Below are positions 18,080 through 26,095 of a stretch of 59,138 nucleotides of DNA, piece by piece. The notes below the pieces were generated by a model. That model saw nothing but the letters and a program-made list of their open reading frames with translations. It made no database searches and had not been told where the DNA came from. The number at the start of each line of letters is the position of its first letter. Within the stretch, counting starts at the first letter, position 1. The DNA lies in IMG/VR virus record IMGVR_UViG_3300006120_000023, positions 1 to 59,138 of that record, one strand, 5' to 3'. This stretch comes from a virus. Taxonomy: Duplodnaviria > Caudoviricetes. The position numbers and the translations under genes were made by a program.

Positions 18080-18466
18080 ATGAGCAACAATAAACACATC
18101 GGAATCCCCTTCCACAACATCCGCAGTTGGTATTTCAAACGTACCTTCCACGGGCCTGAGCACTGGGACGTCATCACGTCAAGCCTGCGTACCTTGATCA
18201 ACAAAGAGCTCGAATACTTCGAGCCCGCGGACTACTGGTTCGAGATCAGCAACGACCAAGTCGCCAACGTCATCAGCGTCGTCCGCACCTCGCAGGTGCC
18301 ATCACTCGAGCTCAGCCTCCACCGGCAGGACAACCTCTTCTGCCTCAGCCTGAGCGTGGTTGACTTCTACGACAACGAGCAGCACGAGTTGGCAGACCAT
18401 TCCGCGGATCACCTTGACCCGTATATCCGGGAGATCCTCGACGACGTCTACGCCAACCCATTTTAA
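18080..18466 (+). CDS. hypothetical protein
   Basis: 128 aa with a CCAATAAATACA leader. Confidence 0.65.
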   Translation: MSNNKHIGIPFHNIRSWYFKRTFHGPEHWDVITSSLRTLINKELEYFEPADYWFEISNDQVANVISVVRTSQVPSLELSLHRQDNLFCLSLSVVDFYDNEQHELADHSADHLDPYIREILDDVYANPF

Positions 18467-18485
18467 CCTCCAACCCAAACAACCC

Positions 18486-18821
18486 ATGAAGACCAAAACC
18501 AAAGCCACCAAAACCAAATCCAAGCCCGTGGACACCAAACCGAAGCCTCCCATCCGGAAGCCGGCCAAGCAACGCATGAACCAGAGGGACGAGCTGAAGC
18601 TCGAGGAAACCCGGAAAGACCTTGTGCGTAGCGCCGTCAATGGTCTTCGCAAGGTTTGCTTCAATGTGTTATCCGCGCAAATCGGAGCACGCTTACTAAA
18701 GCTTGAAAAGGTTGAGCTCGACCACCAGACCGTTGACGACATCTTGGAGATCTTCTCCCAGTTGGAGCTTGACATAGTCAAGCAGTGCGGTCTCGAGGAT
18801 GAATTTATTCTCTGCGAATAG
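18486..18821 (+). CDS. hypothetical protein
   Basis: Start MKTKTK; basic N-terminus and helical acidic C-terminus. Confidence 0.6.
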   Translation: MKTKTKATKTKSKPVDTKPKPPIRKPAKQRMNQRDELKLEETRKDLVRSAVNGLRKVCFNVLSAQIGARLLKLEKVELDHQTVDDILEIFSQLELDIVKQCGLEDEFILCE

Positions 18822-18919
18822 AATGCTCTGCCTGACCTTTGTATTCCTGACCGTAGTGGCGGCCCTTGGGATCCTCTACTACTCCGCAAACACACCCAAG
18901 CTATAACACACAATACACC

Positions 18920-19159
18920 ATGACACATAAATACAGAATCGAAACCCACCGATTGTTCCGCGGGCACCCTATCTCGACACACAAACCCGTTGAGATTGAA
19001 ATCGGCGACCGCGCCACCCTACGCACCCTGATCTCCCACGCCAAAAGGGCGCTCGGGTGGACCAACGTGAAGACCCGCAAGCAGGATCTCGGCAACGTGA
19101 TCGTGCTTAAACCCGACACCAATCCCCACCTGCAGCTGTCAATCACCTTCTGTAGCTAA
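18920..19159 (+). CDS. hypothetical protein
   Basis: Start MTHKYRIETH after a C/A-rich leader. Confidence 0.6.
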   Translation: MTHKYRIETHRLFRGHPISTHKPVEIEIGDRATLRTLISHAKRALGWTNVKTRKQDLGNVIVLKPDTNPHLQLSITFCS

Positions 19160-19166
19160 AACACTT

Positions 19167-19252
19167 TGTCCTTGGCCCGGGGCCTCGTGTGAGGCAGCCC
19201 TGCGTCGGTTACAACGACTGGGGAAAAACGTAGGGCAACCCGGGCTGGGGCA
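19167..19252 (+). ncRNA. candidate three-way-junction structured RNA
   Basis: Outer stem TGTCCTTGGCCCGGG/CCCGGGCTGGGGCA; hairpin GCCTC-GTGT-GAGGC; stem GCCCTGCGT/ACGTAGGGC. Confidence 0.5.
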
Positions 19253-19270
19253 TCATCTCAACCATACACC

Positions 19271-19435
19271 ATGAAACACGACTTACTTGACCTCATCGAC
19301 TACCACGAACGCAAAGCCAAAAGCCTCATGTGCATTAGCAACGACTGGCCGCACGGGCAGAAAGACCTGTACCGGTTCCACATCCGGTCGGTGGAACTTT
19401 TGACCAAATTCAAGGAAGAACTATACGGAAAATGA
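19271..19435 (+). CDS. hypothetical protein (54 aa, below the ORF-track cutoff)
   Basis: MKHDLLDLIDYHERKAK...YGK after a CCATACACC leader; ATGA-coupled to the next gene. Confidence 0.55.
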   Translation: MKHDLLDLIDYHERKAKSLMCISNDWPHGQKDLYRFHIRSVELLTKFKEELYGK

Positions 19436-19746
19436 ATCCAAACATATCAGAACCAACCGAGTGGACTCCCCACAAGTCCAACCAACGGCTGCTGGCCCAC
19501 AACCCCGCCGTCTGTGCCGGAGAACCATGCCCCGTTCACAACCTAAGCGATCACCACATGCGCGACTGGCCGCAGCATTACCGCAACGACCGCGGGATCA
19601 CCGAGCGCATCTGCCCGCACGGTATCGGCCATCCGGATCCAGACGACAGGGCCTGCAGGACGCCATACGGCGGGGTACACGGCTGCGACGGCTGCTGCAC
19701 GCCCCCGGCGCCCGATCTGGTTGTCCCTGAAGAAAACACTCAGTGA
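19432..19746 (+). CDS. Cys/His-rich metal-binding phage protein
   Basis: CAGEPCPVHNLSDHHM...ERICPHGIGHPDPD...HGCDGCC. Confidence 0.75.
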   Translation: MNPNISEPTEWTPHKSNQRLLAHNPAVCAGEPCPVHNLSDHHMRDWPQHYRNDRGITERICPHGIGHPDPDDRACRTPYGGVHGCDGCCTPPAPDLVVPEENTQ

Positions 19747-19988
19747 GCGATGAACCAAATTTTGTTCCAGAGCCAAACGCTGTCTGGGTATCGTCCGACA
19801 TTGACGTTGAGATACACATCAAGCCCGGATCCGTGCCGAAGACACTTGAAGACCTAGAACATTTTGCTTCCGCCATGAATGAATATCTCATACCGCGAGG
19901 TGCCGCTTGGTCCAAGTTTGTCTTATTTGACGAAACCTGCAGCCCAGTTGTCTCGCTAGAGTTTGAGCTGATCGAAAAAAAATCTTGA
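19743..19988 (+). CDS. hypothetical protein
   Basis: 81 aa, GTGA-coupled. Confidence 0.5.
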   Translation: MSDEPNFVPEPNAVWVSSDIDVEIHIKPGSVPKTLEDLEHFASAMNEYLIPRGAAWSKFVLFDETCSPVVSLEFELIEKKS

Positions 19989-20013
19989 CCCCCAAGGCAC
20001 TAGGGATTATCTA
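19985..20013 (+). promoter_or_regulatory. promoter/operator module (degenerate copy)
   Basis: A-tract, then TTGACC-CCCAAGGCACTAGGG-ATTATCT. Confidence 0.5.
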
Positions 20014-20068
20014 TCGCACCGTCCATATAGGACATAAATACAACAACCAACCCACCATACCCACACCC

Positions 20069-20197
20069 ATGAAAGACCTACACGGAATCGTTATCGGAAA
20101 CTACACCAACAAGAAGCTTGCAACGAAGGCTGCCACCAAGACACCCCAGCAGGTGATCAATGAGCGCATCGCTGCCACCCGCGGAGCCTCCAAATGA
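20069..20197 (+). CDS. hypothetical small protein
   Basis: Start MKDLHGIV after a CCATACCCACACCC leader. Confidence 0.5.
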   Translation: MKDLHGIVIGNYTNKKLATKAATKTPQQVINERIAATRGASK

Positions 20198-20403
20198 AAC
20201 GCGTAAATATCATGTCTGATCATTTCAATCAGACAGTCCAGCATCTTTATGGCAAGGGAAAGACTGTGAGCCCACAGCCTACCTACCAGAAAAAGACCAA
20301 CGTTAAGCCGGCTCAAGCCAAGCCAGCTGAAAAAGTCCAGAAGCCAACCGATCACAAAAAGCCAACCAAGAAAGCGTTGGCACCTGAAAAAGATTGTCAG
20401 TAA
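20194..20403 (+). CDS. hypothetical basic protein
   Basis: 69 aa, ATGA-coupled. Confidence 0.5.
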   Translation: MKRVNIMSDHFNQTVQHLYGKGKTVSPQPTYQKKTNVKPAQAKPAEKVQKPTDHKKPTKKALAPEKDCQ

Positions 20404-20412
20404 ATGGGTGAA

Positions 20413-20444
20413 GCGGGGGTCGGGAGCTCATGCCCGGCCTCCGC
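20413..20444 (+). other. GC-rich intergenic hairpin
   Basis: GCGGGGGTCGGG-8 nt-CCCGGCCTCCGC; no U tract. Confidence 0.5.
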
Positions 20445-20467
20445 ACATCCGAAACATTTATACACGC

Positions 20468-20581
20468 ATGGAAACCGATAATTTGACCCTCCGGGGGGTA
20501 CTCGAATTTTTGTTAAAAATAGCCCCAATAGTGCTTGCCTTCGGGTTTGCCTATATCATTTATACAGCCCCAAAACGATGA
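20468..20581 (+). CDS. small membrane peptide (37 aa)
   Basis: METDNLTLRGVLEFLLKIAPIVLAFGFAYIIYTAPKR. Confidence 0.4.
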   Translation: METDNLTLRGVLEFLLKIAPIVLAFGFAYIIYTAPKR

Positions 20582-20719
20582 GCGCATACGTAAAACCTCC
20601 GCTGGTTTGGTGGCCTTTATTTTTGACAAAATTGTTTCCTGACAATTATTTCATCGACAAGGCGCCGAAGTTCCGAAGCACCGTCTACCCCCGTGCACCT
20701 CTTTCTAAACCATCTAAAA

Positions 20720-20959
20720 ATGCCCGCAAATAAACAAATCAAAGACCACCCGGCGTTTCCGGTAACCCCGCATGCCGGCGACCAAGTCAACAAGCCCGTC
20801 CGCGGTAACTCAGGGATGTCCATGCTCGATTTCTTTGCCTCGGTGGCAGCTATCGGCCTGTGCCAGACCGAAATACCTTGCCGGCAAGTTGCTGAGGAAG
20901 CCTACGACATCGCCGAGGAGCTCATGCAGGAACGCCAGACTCGCTATTCAGGTAAATGA
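20720..20959 (+). CDS. conserved small phage protein
   Basis: PAFP...GMSMLDFFA...AYDIAEELMQER matches the widespread PAFP...GMTLRDYFA...AY..ADAML pattern. Confidence 0.75.
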   Translation: MPANKQIKDHPAFPVTPHAGDQVNKPVRGNSGMSMLDFFASVAAIGLCQTEIPCRQVAEEAYDIAEELMQERQTRYSGK

Positions 20960-21510
20960 AAACACCCTCGGTGCAGCCAAAGTTTAAACTGAAGGAAGCG
21001 CCCGGGAAACCCAAAACATCAAACGTCATGTATGTATACGGAATAGACCCCGGCAAAAGCGGGGCAATCGTGTTGATCGACTCAAAGGCCAAGCTCAAAG
21101 AGGTAGACAGAATGCCCCTTGACGATCACGAGCTAGGCCAGCACCTTGACATGATCGTTGACAACAAAACTCGCAGCGAGGTCTGGATCGAGCGGATCCC
21201 GAAGTTTGCCGGCAAGAACCAATCAGGAGCCTCCGTGGCTACTTTGTTTGCCAACTACCGGTACATCGTCGGATACCTCGAAGGCCGCGGTGTCACGGTA
21301 CATCAGGTAGTACCTCAGGTCTGGATGAAGCCCTACCGGCTGATGATCAACAACTGGCAGGTCATGACCTACAACATGCGTAAGAAATATCTTCATGAGA
21401 TGGCTATGGCCGAGTTTTTTGTGGGCGCAAAAACTTTGCCGCGCTGGGCTGCCGACGCAGCCTTGATCGCGCTGCACGGAGCCGTAACCGACAACATCAT
21501 CCTCAAATGA
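20956..21510 (+). CDS. RuvC-like Holliday junction resolvase
   Basis: YGIDPGKSGAIV, VWIE, VVPQVW and ADAALIA. Confidence 0.85.
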   Translation: MKTPSVQPKFKLKEAPGKPKTSNVMYVYGIDPGKSGAIVLIDSKAKLKEVDRMPLDDHELGQHLDMIVDNKTRSEVWIERIPKFAGKNQSGASVATLFANYRYIVGYLEGRGVTVHQVVPQVWMKPYRLMINNWQVMTYNMRKKYLHEMAMAEFFVGAKTLPRWAADAALIALHGAVTDNIILK

Positions 21511-21707
21511 AACCCCTGCTGCAGCTGTTCTTTTTTGTGAATTTGTTCTTCTCGCTCCGGGAGTTCTTTGCGGTATCCGAGTACATCGAAAAAACAAAGC
21601 AGAAAGGAAAAACTCCCGCGGCAGAAGATTACTTTGAGTTCTGGTTTGCTCTGACCCTTTCCGTTGCAACCTTTCTAGTCTTCGTAATTTTTTGCTTCCG
21701 CCAGTAA
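21507..21707 (+). CDS. small two-TM membrane protein
   Basis: Two hydrophobic stretches; ATGA-coupled. Confidence 0.5.
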   Translation: MKPLLQLFFFVNLFFSLREFFAVSEYIEKTKQKGKTPAAEDYFEFWFALTLSVATFLVFVIFCFRQ

Positions 21708-21727
21708 ACAACAAACACCAACACACC

Positions 21728-22228
21728 ATGTCAGACGATACAACAGCACCAGAAACAACGACCGAGACCACAGCCCCCGCACCGGAGAACGTGGTCCCTT
21801 TTACCCCAGCGGCAGAGGCATCTTCAGCCGCAGAGCCAAGCCAACCGGCTGCTTCTACGGATGCGTCAGCGACCCCTGCTGCAGAACCAACCGGCCTGCC
21901 CACGATCAACAACATTCAGGATGCGGTGAATCACGTGATTAACAATGTTGACATTAACACCGTCAGCCATCACGACATCGTCCACGAACTCTTCCAGAAC
22001 ACGCAGGAGTACGCTTTCAAGCTGCTCCTCTCGGCCAAGCTGTTCGAGCAAATGATCATCCGGGATTCCTTCGGGCTCAAGGGAGAGGCCTTTGATCTCC
22101 TGCGCCACGCCGACGAGGCCGTGACCAATGAGATTCACACGATCCTCAAGGAAAAGGTCACCGTGCCCGCGGCTCCTGTTGCTGAAACCCCCGTTGCGCC
22201 TGCCTCTGAGGTCCCTTCCGCCAGCTAA
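21728..22228 (+). CDS. hypothetical protein with Ala/Pro/Thr-rich termini
   Basis: Start MSDDTTAP. Confidence 0.65.
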   Translation: MSDDTTAPETTTETTAPAPENVVPFTPAAEASSAAEPSQPAASTDASATPAAEPTGLPTINNIQDAVNHVINNVDINTVSHHDIVHELFQNTQEYAFKLLLSAKLFEQMIIRDSFGLKGEAFDLLRHADEAVTNEIHTILKEKVTVPAAPVAETPVAPASEVPSAS

Positions 22229-22334
22229 TTGGTCCCAAACCTATTGCCAAAGAAAACATACGCCCCTAAAAACCTGCCCCCGGTGGAGGAGACCTTAAAC
22301 CTCCGCCGGGGACCCGGGAAAACCCTGAAGAGAA

Positions 22335-22520
22335 ATGAAAATTCCAGTACACCTCAAAAGCATGATCAAAGCGAACCCGCACGCACACCACGTGAAAGGT
22401 CCGCGAAAGCACGCCGGTAAAAAAGCCGCCAAGGGCGCCAGTGAGGAGACCGGGGGAATCGAGAAGCGTATCAAGAAGTGGCTGCCTAAACGGGACACCT
22501 TGGCAAAACCAAACGTCTGA
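22335..22520 (+). CDS. hypothetical basic protein
   Basis: 61 aa, TGATG-coupled to the kinase gene. Confidence 0.5.
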   Translation: MKIPVHLKSMIKANPHAHHVKGPRKHAGKKAAKGASEETGGIEKRIKKWLPKRDTLAKPNV

Positions 22521-23041
22521 TGAAGCTGATCGCATTTGCAGGCAAGGCCGGCTCCGGCAAAAGCACGCTGTCAAAGTATCTTGTGGACAGCCACGGATTC
22601 ACGCTTGTGAAGTTTGCGGACGTGATAAAAGACATGCTCCGCGTGCTGGGGTTGACCGATTACGAGATCGAGGGCGCGGGGAAGGAAAAGCCCTGCTACG
22701 TGCTCGGCGGAAAGACCCCGCGCTACGCCATGCAGACCCTCGGCACCGAGTGGGGCAGGAACACGCTCTACAACACGATCTGGGTCGATGCTTGGTACCG
22801 CAGGGTCAACGGAATCCTGCAGTCCGGCGGTAAAGTCGTGTGCGATGATGCCCGCTTTGGCAATGAAGTAGAGGCTGTCTGGAGACTCAAGGGTTTGATC
22901 TTTGAGGTAATCCGTCCCGACCAAAACGAGATTCCGCAAAATACTCACAGCTCTGAGATAATTGATTTCAGCTGCGACGCAGCGTTGCTGAACAACCAAA
23001 CCGTCACCGAACTCTGCGAGAAACTTGAAGCTTTACTATGA
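22520..23041 (+). CDS. deoxynucleoside monophosphate kinase (T4 gp1-like)
   Basis: GKAGSGKST P-loop, KFADVIK, TPRYAMQTLGTEWGR, DARFGNE and HSSE. Confidence 0.9.
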   Translation: MKLIAFAGKAGSGKSTLSKYLVDSHGFTLVKFADVIKDMLRVLGLTDYEIEGAGKEKPCYVLGGKTPRYAMQTLGTEWGRNTLYNTIWVDAWYRRVNGILQSGGKVVCDDARFGNEVEAVWRLKGLIFEVIRPDQNEIPQNTHSSEIIDFSCDAALLNNQTVTELCEKLEALL

Positions 23042-23235
23042 GCACAAAACACACCCCTGAATCCCGGGCCGCTAGGCTCAAAGAAATCACCAAGAAGATG
23101 AAGTCAAAGGATCTCCACCCCACGGAGCGCCGCAGCCTAGCCAGTGAGCTAGGGGGGCTGCGTGGGGCTGGATCCCTCGCCCGCCGCATGGCCGGCATCA
23201 AGGCCAACAACATCCGCCACGGGAGGAATTGGTAA
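23038..23235 (+). CDS. hypothetical basic protein
   Basis: 65 aa, coupled on both sides. Confidence 0.55.
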   Translation: MSTKHTPESRAARLKEITKKMKSKDLHPTERRSLASELGGLRGAGSLARRMAGIKANNIRHGRNW

Positions 23236-23357
23236 TGCTCTGGACGCTACTCAAATTCATCGTCGGTATCTTTGCCCTCTGCAGCATAGCAGCCACCGCT
23301 TTTTTTCTTATCTGCCTAATACCCGAAAGCGATGCAAAAAAAGATCGACTCAAATAA
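23235..23357 (+). CDS. small membrane peptide (40 aa)
   Basis: MLWTLLKFIVGIFALCSIAATAFFLICLIPESDAKKDRLK; TAATG-coupled. Confidence 0.45.
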   Translation: MLWTLLKFIVGIFALCSIAATAFFLICLIPESDAKKDRLK

Positions 23358-23532
23358 ATGGAAGGGCTCTTGGAACGGGGGCAAAGGCTCCGATCCTCGC
23401 CCTATCAACAAATCAAAATATGACCGAAATTTCGACGCCATCGACTGGTCAGCTCATCGAGCTGAGGCCGTACCAAACGGAGGCCGCGGCAAAACTGTCC
23501 GACGCCCTAGCAAACCACGGGGTGGCCGTTGA
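23332..23532 (+). CDS. small phage protein (GKGSxPRP family)
   Basis: GGKGSDPRPINKSKYDRNFDAIDW, a recurrent small phage protein motif. Confidence 0.55.
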   Translation: MQKKIDSNKWKGSWNGGKGSDPRPINKSKYDRNFDAIDWSAHRAEAVPNGGRGKTVRRPSKPRGGR

Positions 23533-24787
23533 CCTGAGCGACACCGGACTAGGAAAAACGTTCCATGCCCTTGCTGCTGTTAAGAGTTTTGACGCACCCT
23601 TCGCGGTCGTCTGCCGTGCGTCGTCGCGTAATAAGTGGCAACAAGCGGTCCGTGATTTCGGCCTTGACCGCAACTGCTTGGCCGTGGATTCGTGGCAGCG
23701 GTTTACCAATGGACGTAATCACCGGGAGCTCGTCGTCAGGCAGGCCCAAGGTCGCTCGACATCGTACTCTTGGAACCCGAAGGAGCCCACGGTGGTTATC
23801 TTCGATGAGGTTCAGGACGCTGGCGGGCAGACTTCGCTCAATAGCCAGCTTTTGGTAGGCATCGGACGTTCAAACAAGACATACGCGATATGTTTATCCG
23901 CCACGGTTGCCGACAGCCCTTTGAAGCTCAAGGCCCTTGGCTTCTTGTGCGGCCTCCACAACATTACCAACTTTTACGGGTGGGCGATGGACCACGGCTG
24001 CGGCAAGTCTCCGTTCGGGTACAATCAGCTGTACTTCAAGCCCCGGGAGAGCAGGTGGGTGATACCCAAGCTGCGCGATGCTCTGGCGCCCTTTGGCGTC
24101 AGGGTGAGCCGGGACACGGTGAGCGAATACTTGCCGCAGGAAACGGTTGAGATTGAATTGTGGGACGTTGGAAGTCCGACCAAGTTTGTGCAGGATGCGC
24201 TCGACCGGCTCGAACAGACACGCGACGAGGACCTGCATCGTCACGAGGATGGCACGCCCGGGGCCGTCGAGCAAATGCGTGACCGGCAGGAGGCCGAGCT
24301 TCGCCGGCTGGTACCGCTTGTCGCTGAAATCAAAGCCGCGGTCGAGGGTGGGATGTACTGCCCGGTGTTCCTAAATTTCACCGCGTCGGTTGATACGCTC
24401 AAAATCATGCTGCAGTCGGAAAAAATTTCCGTTGGAGTTTTTGACGGACGCAATCACGCACAGCGCGAGATCGACCGGAAAGATTTCATAAACGGAAAAT
24501 TGCAGGCGCTGATTTTGCAATCCGCTGCCGGCAGCGCAAGTATTGATTTGCATGACACCGTGGGCGGTCGTCCAAGGATGACTTTTATCAGTCCGACGTA
24601 TCACGCGGAGACCATGATTCAAATGCTCGGCCGCGCCGTTCGCTTTGGGGCCAAGACGCCGGTCATCCAGCGCATTATTTTTGCCGAGGGAACGATCGAG
24701 CAGAAGGTCTACAAAACCGTCGAGGGGAAGGCAAAAAATATCCGGGCGCTCAACGACGGGGAATGGGTGTCGGCCTTCGGAGGCTGA
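23420..24787 (+). CDS. SF2 (SNF2-like) DNA helicase
   Basis: LRPYQ Q-motif, DTGLGKT, IFDEVQ, LSAT and QMLGRAVRFG; probable start ATG 23420. Confidence 0.88.
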   Translation: MTEISTPSTGQLIELRPYQTEAAAKLSDALANHGVAVDLSDTGLGKTFHALAAVKSFDAPFAVVCRASSRNKWQQAVRDFGLDRNCLAVDSWQRFTNGRNHRELVVRQAQGRSTSYSWNPKEPTVVIFDEVQDAGGQTSLNSQLLVGIGRSNKTYAICLSATVADSPLKLKALGFLCGLHNITNFYGWAMDHGCGKSPFGYNQLYFKPRESRWVIPKLRDALAPFGVRVSRDTVSEYLPQETVEIELWDVGSPTKFVQDALDRLEQTRDEDLHRHEDGTPGAVEQMRDRQEAELRRLVPLVAEIKAAVEGGMYCPVFLNFTASVDTLKIMLQSEKISVGVFDGRNHAQREIDRKDFINGKLQALILQSAAGSASIDLHDTVGGRPRMTFISPTYHAETMIQMLGRAVRFGAKTPVIQRIIFAEGTIEQKVYKTVEGKAKNIRALNDGEWVSAFGG

Positions 24788-24821
24788 TAGATACAGGGCC
24801 GGCGGGCCATAAAAGTTTTTT

Positions 24822-24880
24822 GAAAAAAGTGCTTGTGCTCCCTAGCGGCTTGGGTAAATATATCCCCAGACAGTCAAACA
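24822..24880 (+). promoter_or_regulatory. early promoter/operator module 2
   Basis: A-tract, TTGTGC, CCTAGCGGCTTGGG, AT-rich -10 and CCAGACAGTCAAAC. Confidence 0.7.
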
Positions 24881-24892
24881 CACATACACACC

Positions 24893-25321
24893 ATGAGCAA
24901 CTACATCACCTCCGAAATCCTCGACCTGCTGAAGAGCCCCAACTGGGTTATCTTCTCCGCCCAAAATCCTGACGCCAAAAAACTCAGCGACGTCAACAAC
25001 GCCTCGCTGCACCGCCAGCTCGTTGAGCTTTACCGAAATGCCGGCATACCGTTTGAGACCGTGGTAGGCCGCTATAATGGCAACTACGAGGATGGGGTAA
25101 TCGTTTTTACACCTTGTGCAGTGGCCCGTAAGGAAGCTGCTGATCTTGCCAAGAGCTACGGCCAAGAAAGCGTACTGACCCACGAGGGCCTAGTCTATCA
25201 GGACGGCTCCTGCCACCCCGTGATCGACTGGAGCTTCCCCTGCAGCGAGCCCGAGGACAACTACACCCTGTTCCGGAGCACCTACTTCCGGGCCAACATC
25301 AACTTCGAGGAGAAAATCTAA
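24893..25321 (+). CDS. DUF3293-like protein
   Basis: WVIFSAQNP...N...G.Y...E...LAKSYGQESVL. Confidence 0.65.
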   Translation: MSNYITSEILDLLKSPNWVIFSAQNPDAKKLSDVNNASLHRQLVELYRNAGIPFETVVGRYNGNYEDGVIVFTPCAVARKEAADLAKSYGQESVLTHEGLVYQDGSCHPVIDWSFPCSEPEDNYTLFRSTYFRANINFEEKI

Positions 25322-25512
25322 TGTCCTACAAGACCAACGACAGAATCGAGCAGCTCGAACTGCTGCGCTCGGTGGCCAGCGCCAACAACGTCCCCGTCGG
25401 CCTCATCGAGGTTGACGAGGACGGCTTCTTCACCGTCCACTACGAGATCGGCTACGGCTACTACACCAACTTTGAGGCCGCGGTATCCGGGATAAAAAAA
25501 CGTAGCAAATAA
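25321..25512 (+). CDS. hypothetical protein
   Basis: 63 aa, TAATG-coupled. Confidence 0.6.
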   Translation: MSYKTNDRIEQLELLRSVASANNVPVGLIEVDEDGFFTVHYEIGYGYYTNFEAAVSGIKKRSK

Positions 25513-25515
25513 TCC

Positions 25516-25562
25516 TTGACGTCCCAAGCTGCTTGGTATAGACTCGGTCCCGACAGTCAAAC
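25516..25562 (+). promoter_or_regulatory. early promoter/operator module 3
   Basis: TTGACG-17-TAGACT, spacer CCAAG-CTG-CTTGG, downstream CCCGACAGTCAAAC. Confidence 0.8.
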
Positions 25563-25592
25563 AATACACACATTCAAACATCCATAAATACT

Positions 25593-26093
25593 ATGTACGA
25601 AAACGAAATCCTCATACCGGCAGCCTTCTACGACCTGTGCCTCGAACACGATATTGCGGTCCCTCAGGACCTCGAAATCCGCAGCAAAGGCAAGGGCCGC
25701 CAATACGTCATCAGCAAGAAAGACCCTAATCTTTCCGAGCTCATTCACCGCGCCGAGATCGCGGTCAACGACAAGACCCACGCCTACTCCCACGCCCGCA
25801 GCCTGCTGCTGGCCCTAAGGAAGCAGGGGGTCAAGACCGAGGTGGCTCCTACCAGCACGGCCAAGCCGGTGACCCGCAAAGTGGCCGCTAAGGCCACAGG
25901 GCGCGATTACAACCGCGAGCTGGTCGTCACCATCACGCCCCGCGGCGACTTGATCCTGCGCCCCGCTGGACGTCGCCAAAGCGAGACCGTTGCCCTCAGC
26001 GACGTGTACGCTTGGGCACAGCGCAATCGCTGCCTCCGGATTGCCCGGGAGAAAGCTGCAACCAAAGCTTCCAAGCGCAAGACCCGCCGATAA
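25593..26093 (+). CDS. hypothetical protein
   Basis: 166 aa after a CCATAAATACT leader. Confidence 0.7.
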   Translation: MYENEILIPAAFYDLCLEHDIAVPQDLEIRSKGKGRQYVISKKDPNLSELIHRAEIAVNDKTHAYSHARSLLLALRKQGVKTEVAPTSTAKPVTRKVAAKATGRDYNRELVVTITPRGDLILRPAGRRQSETVALSDVYAWAQRNRCLRIAREKAATKASKRKTRR

Positions 26094-26095
26094 TC

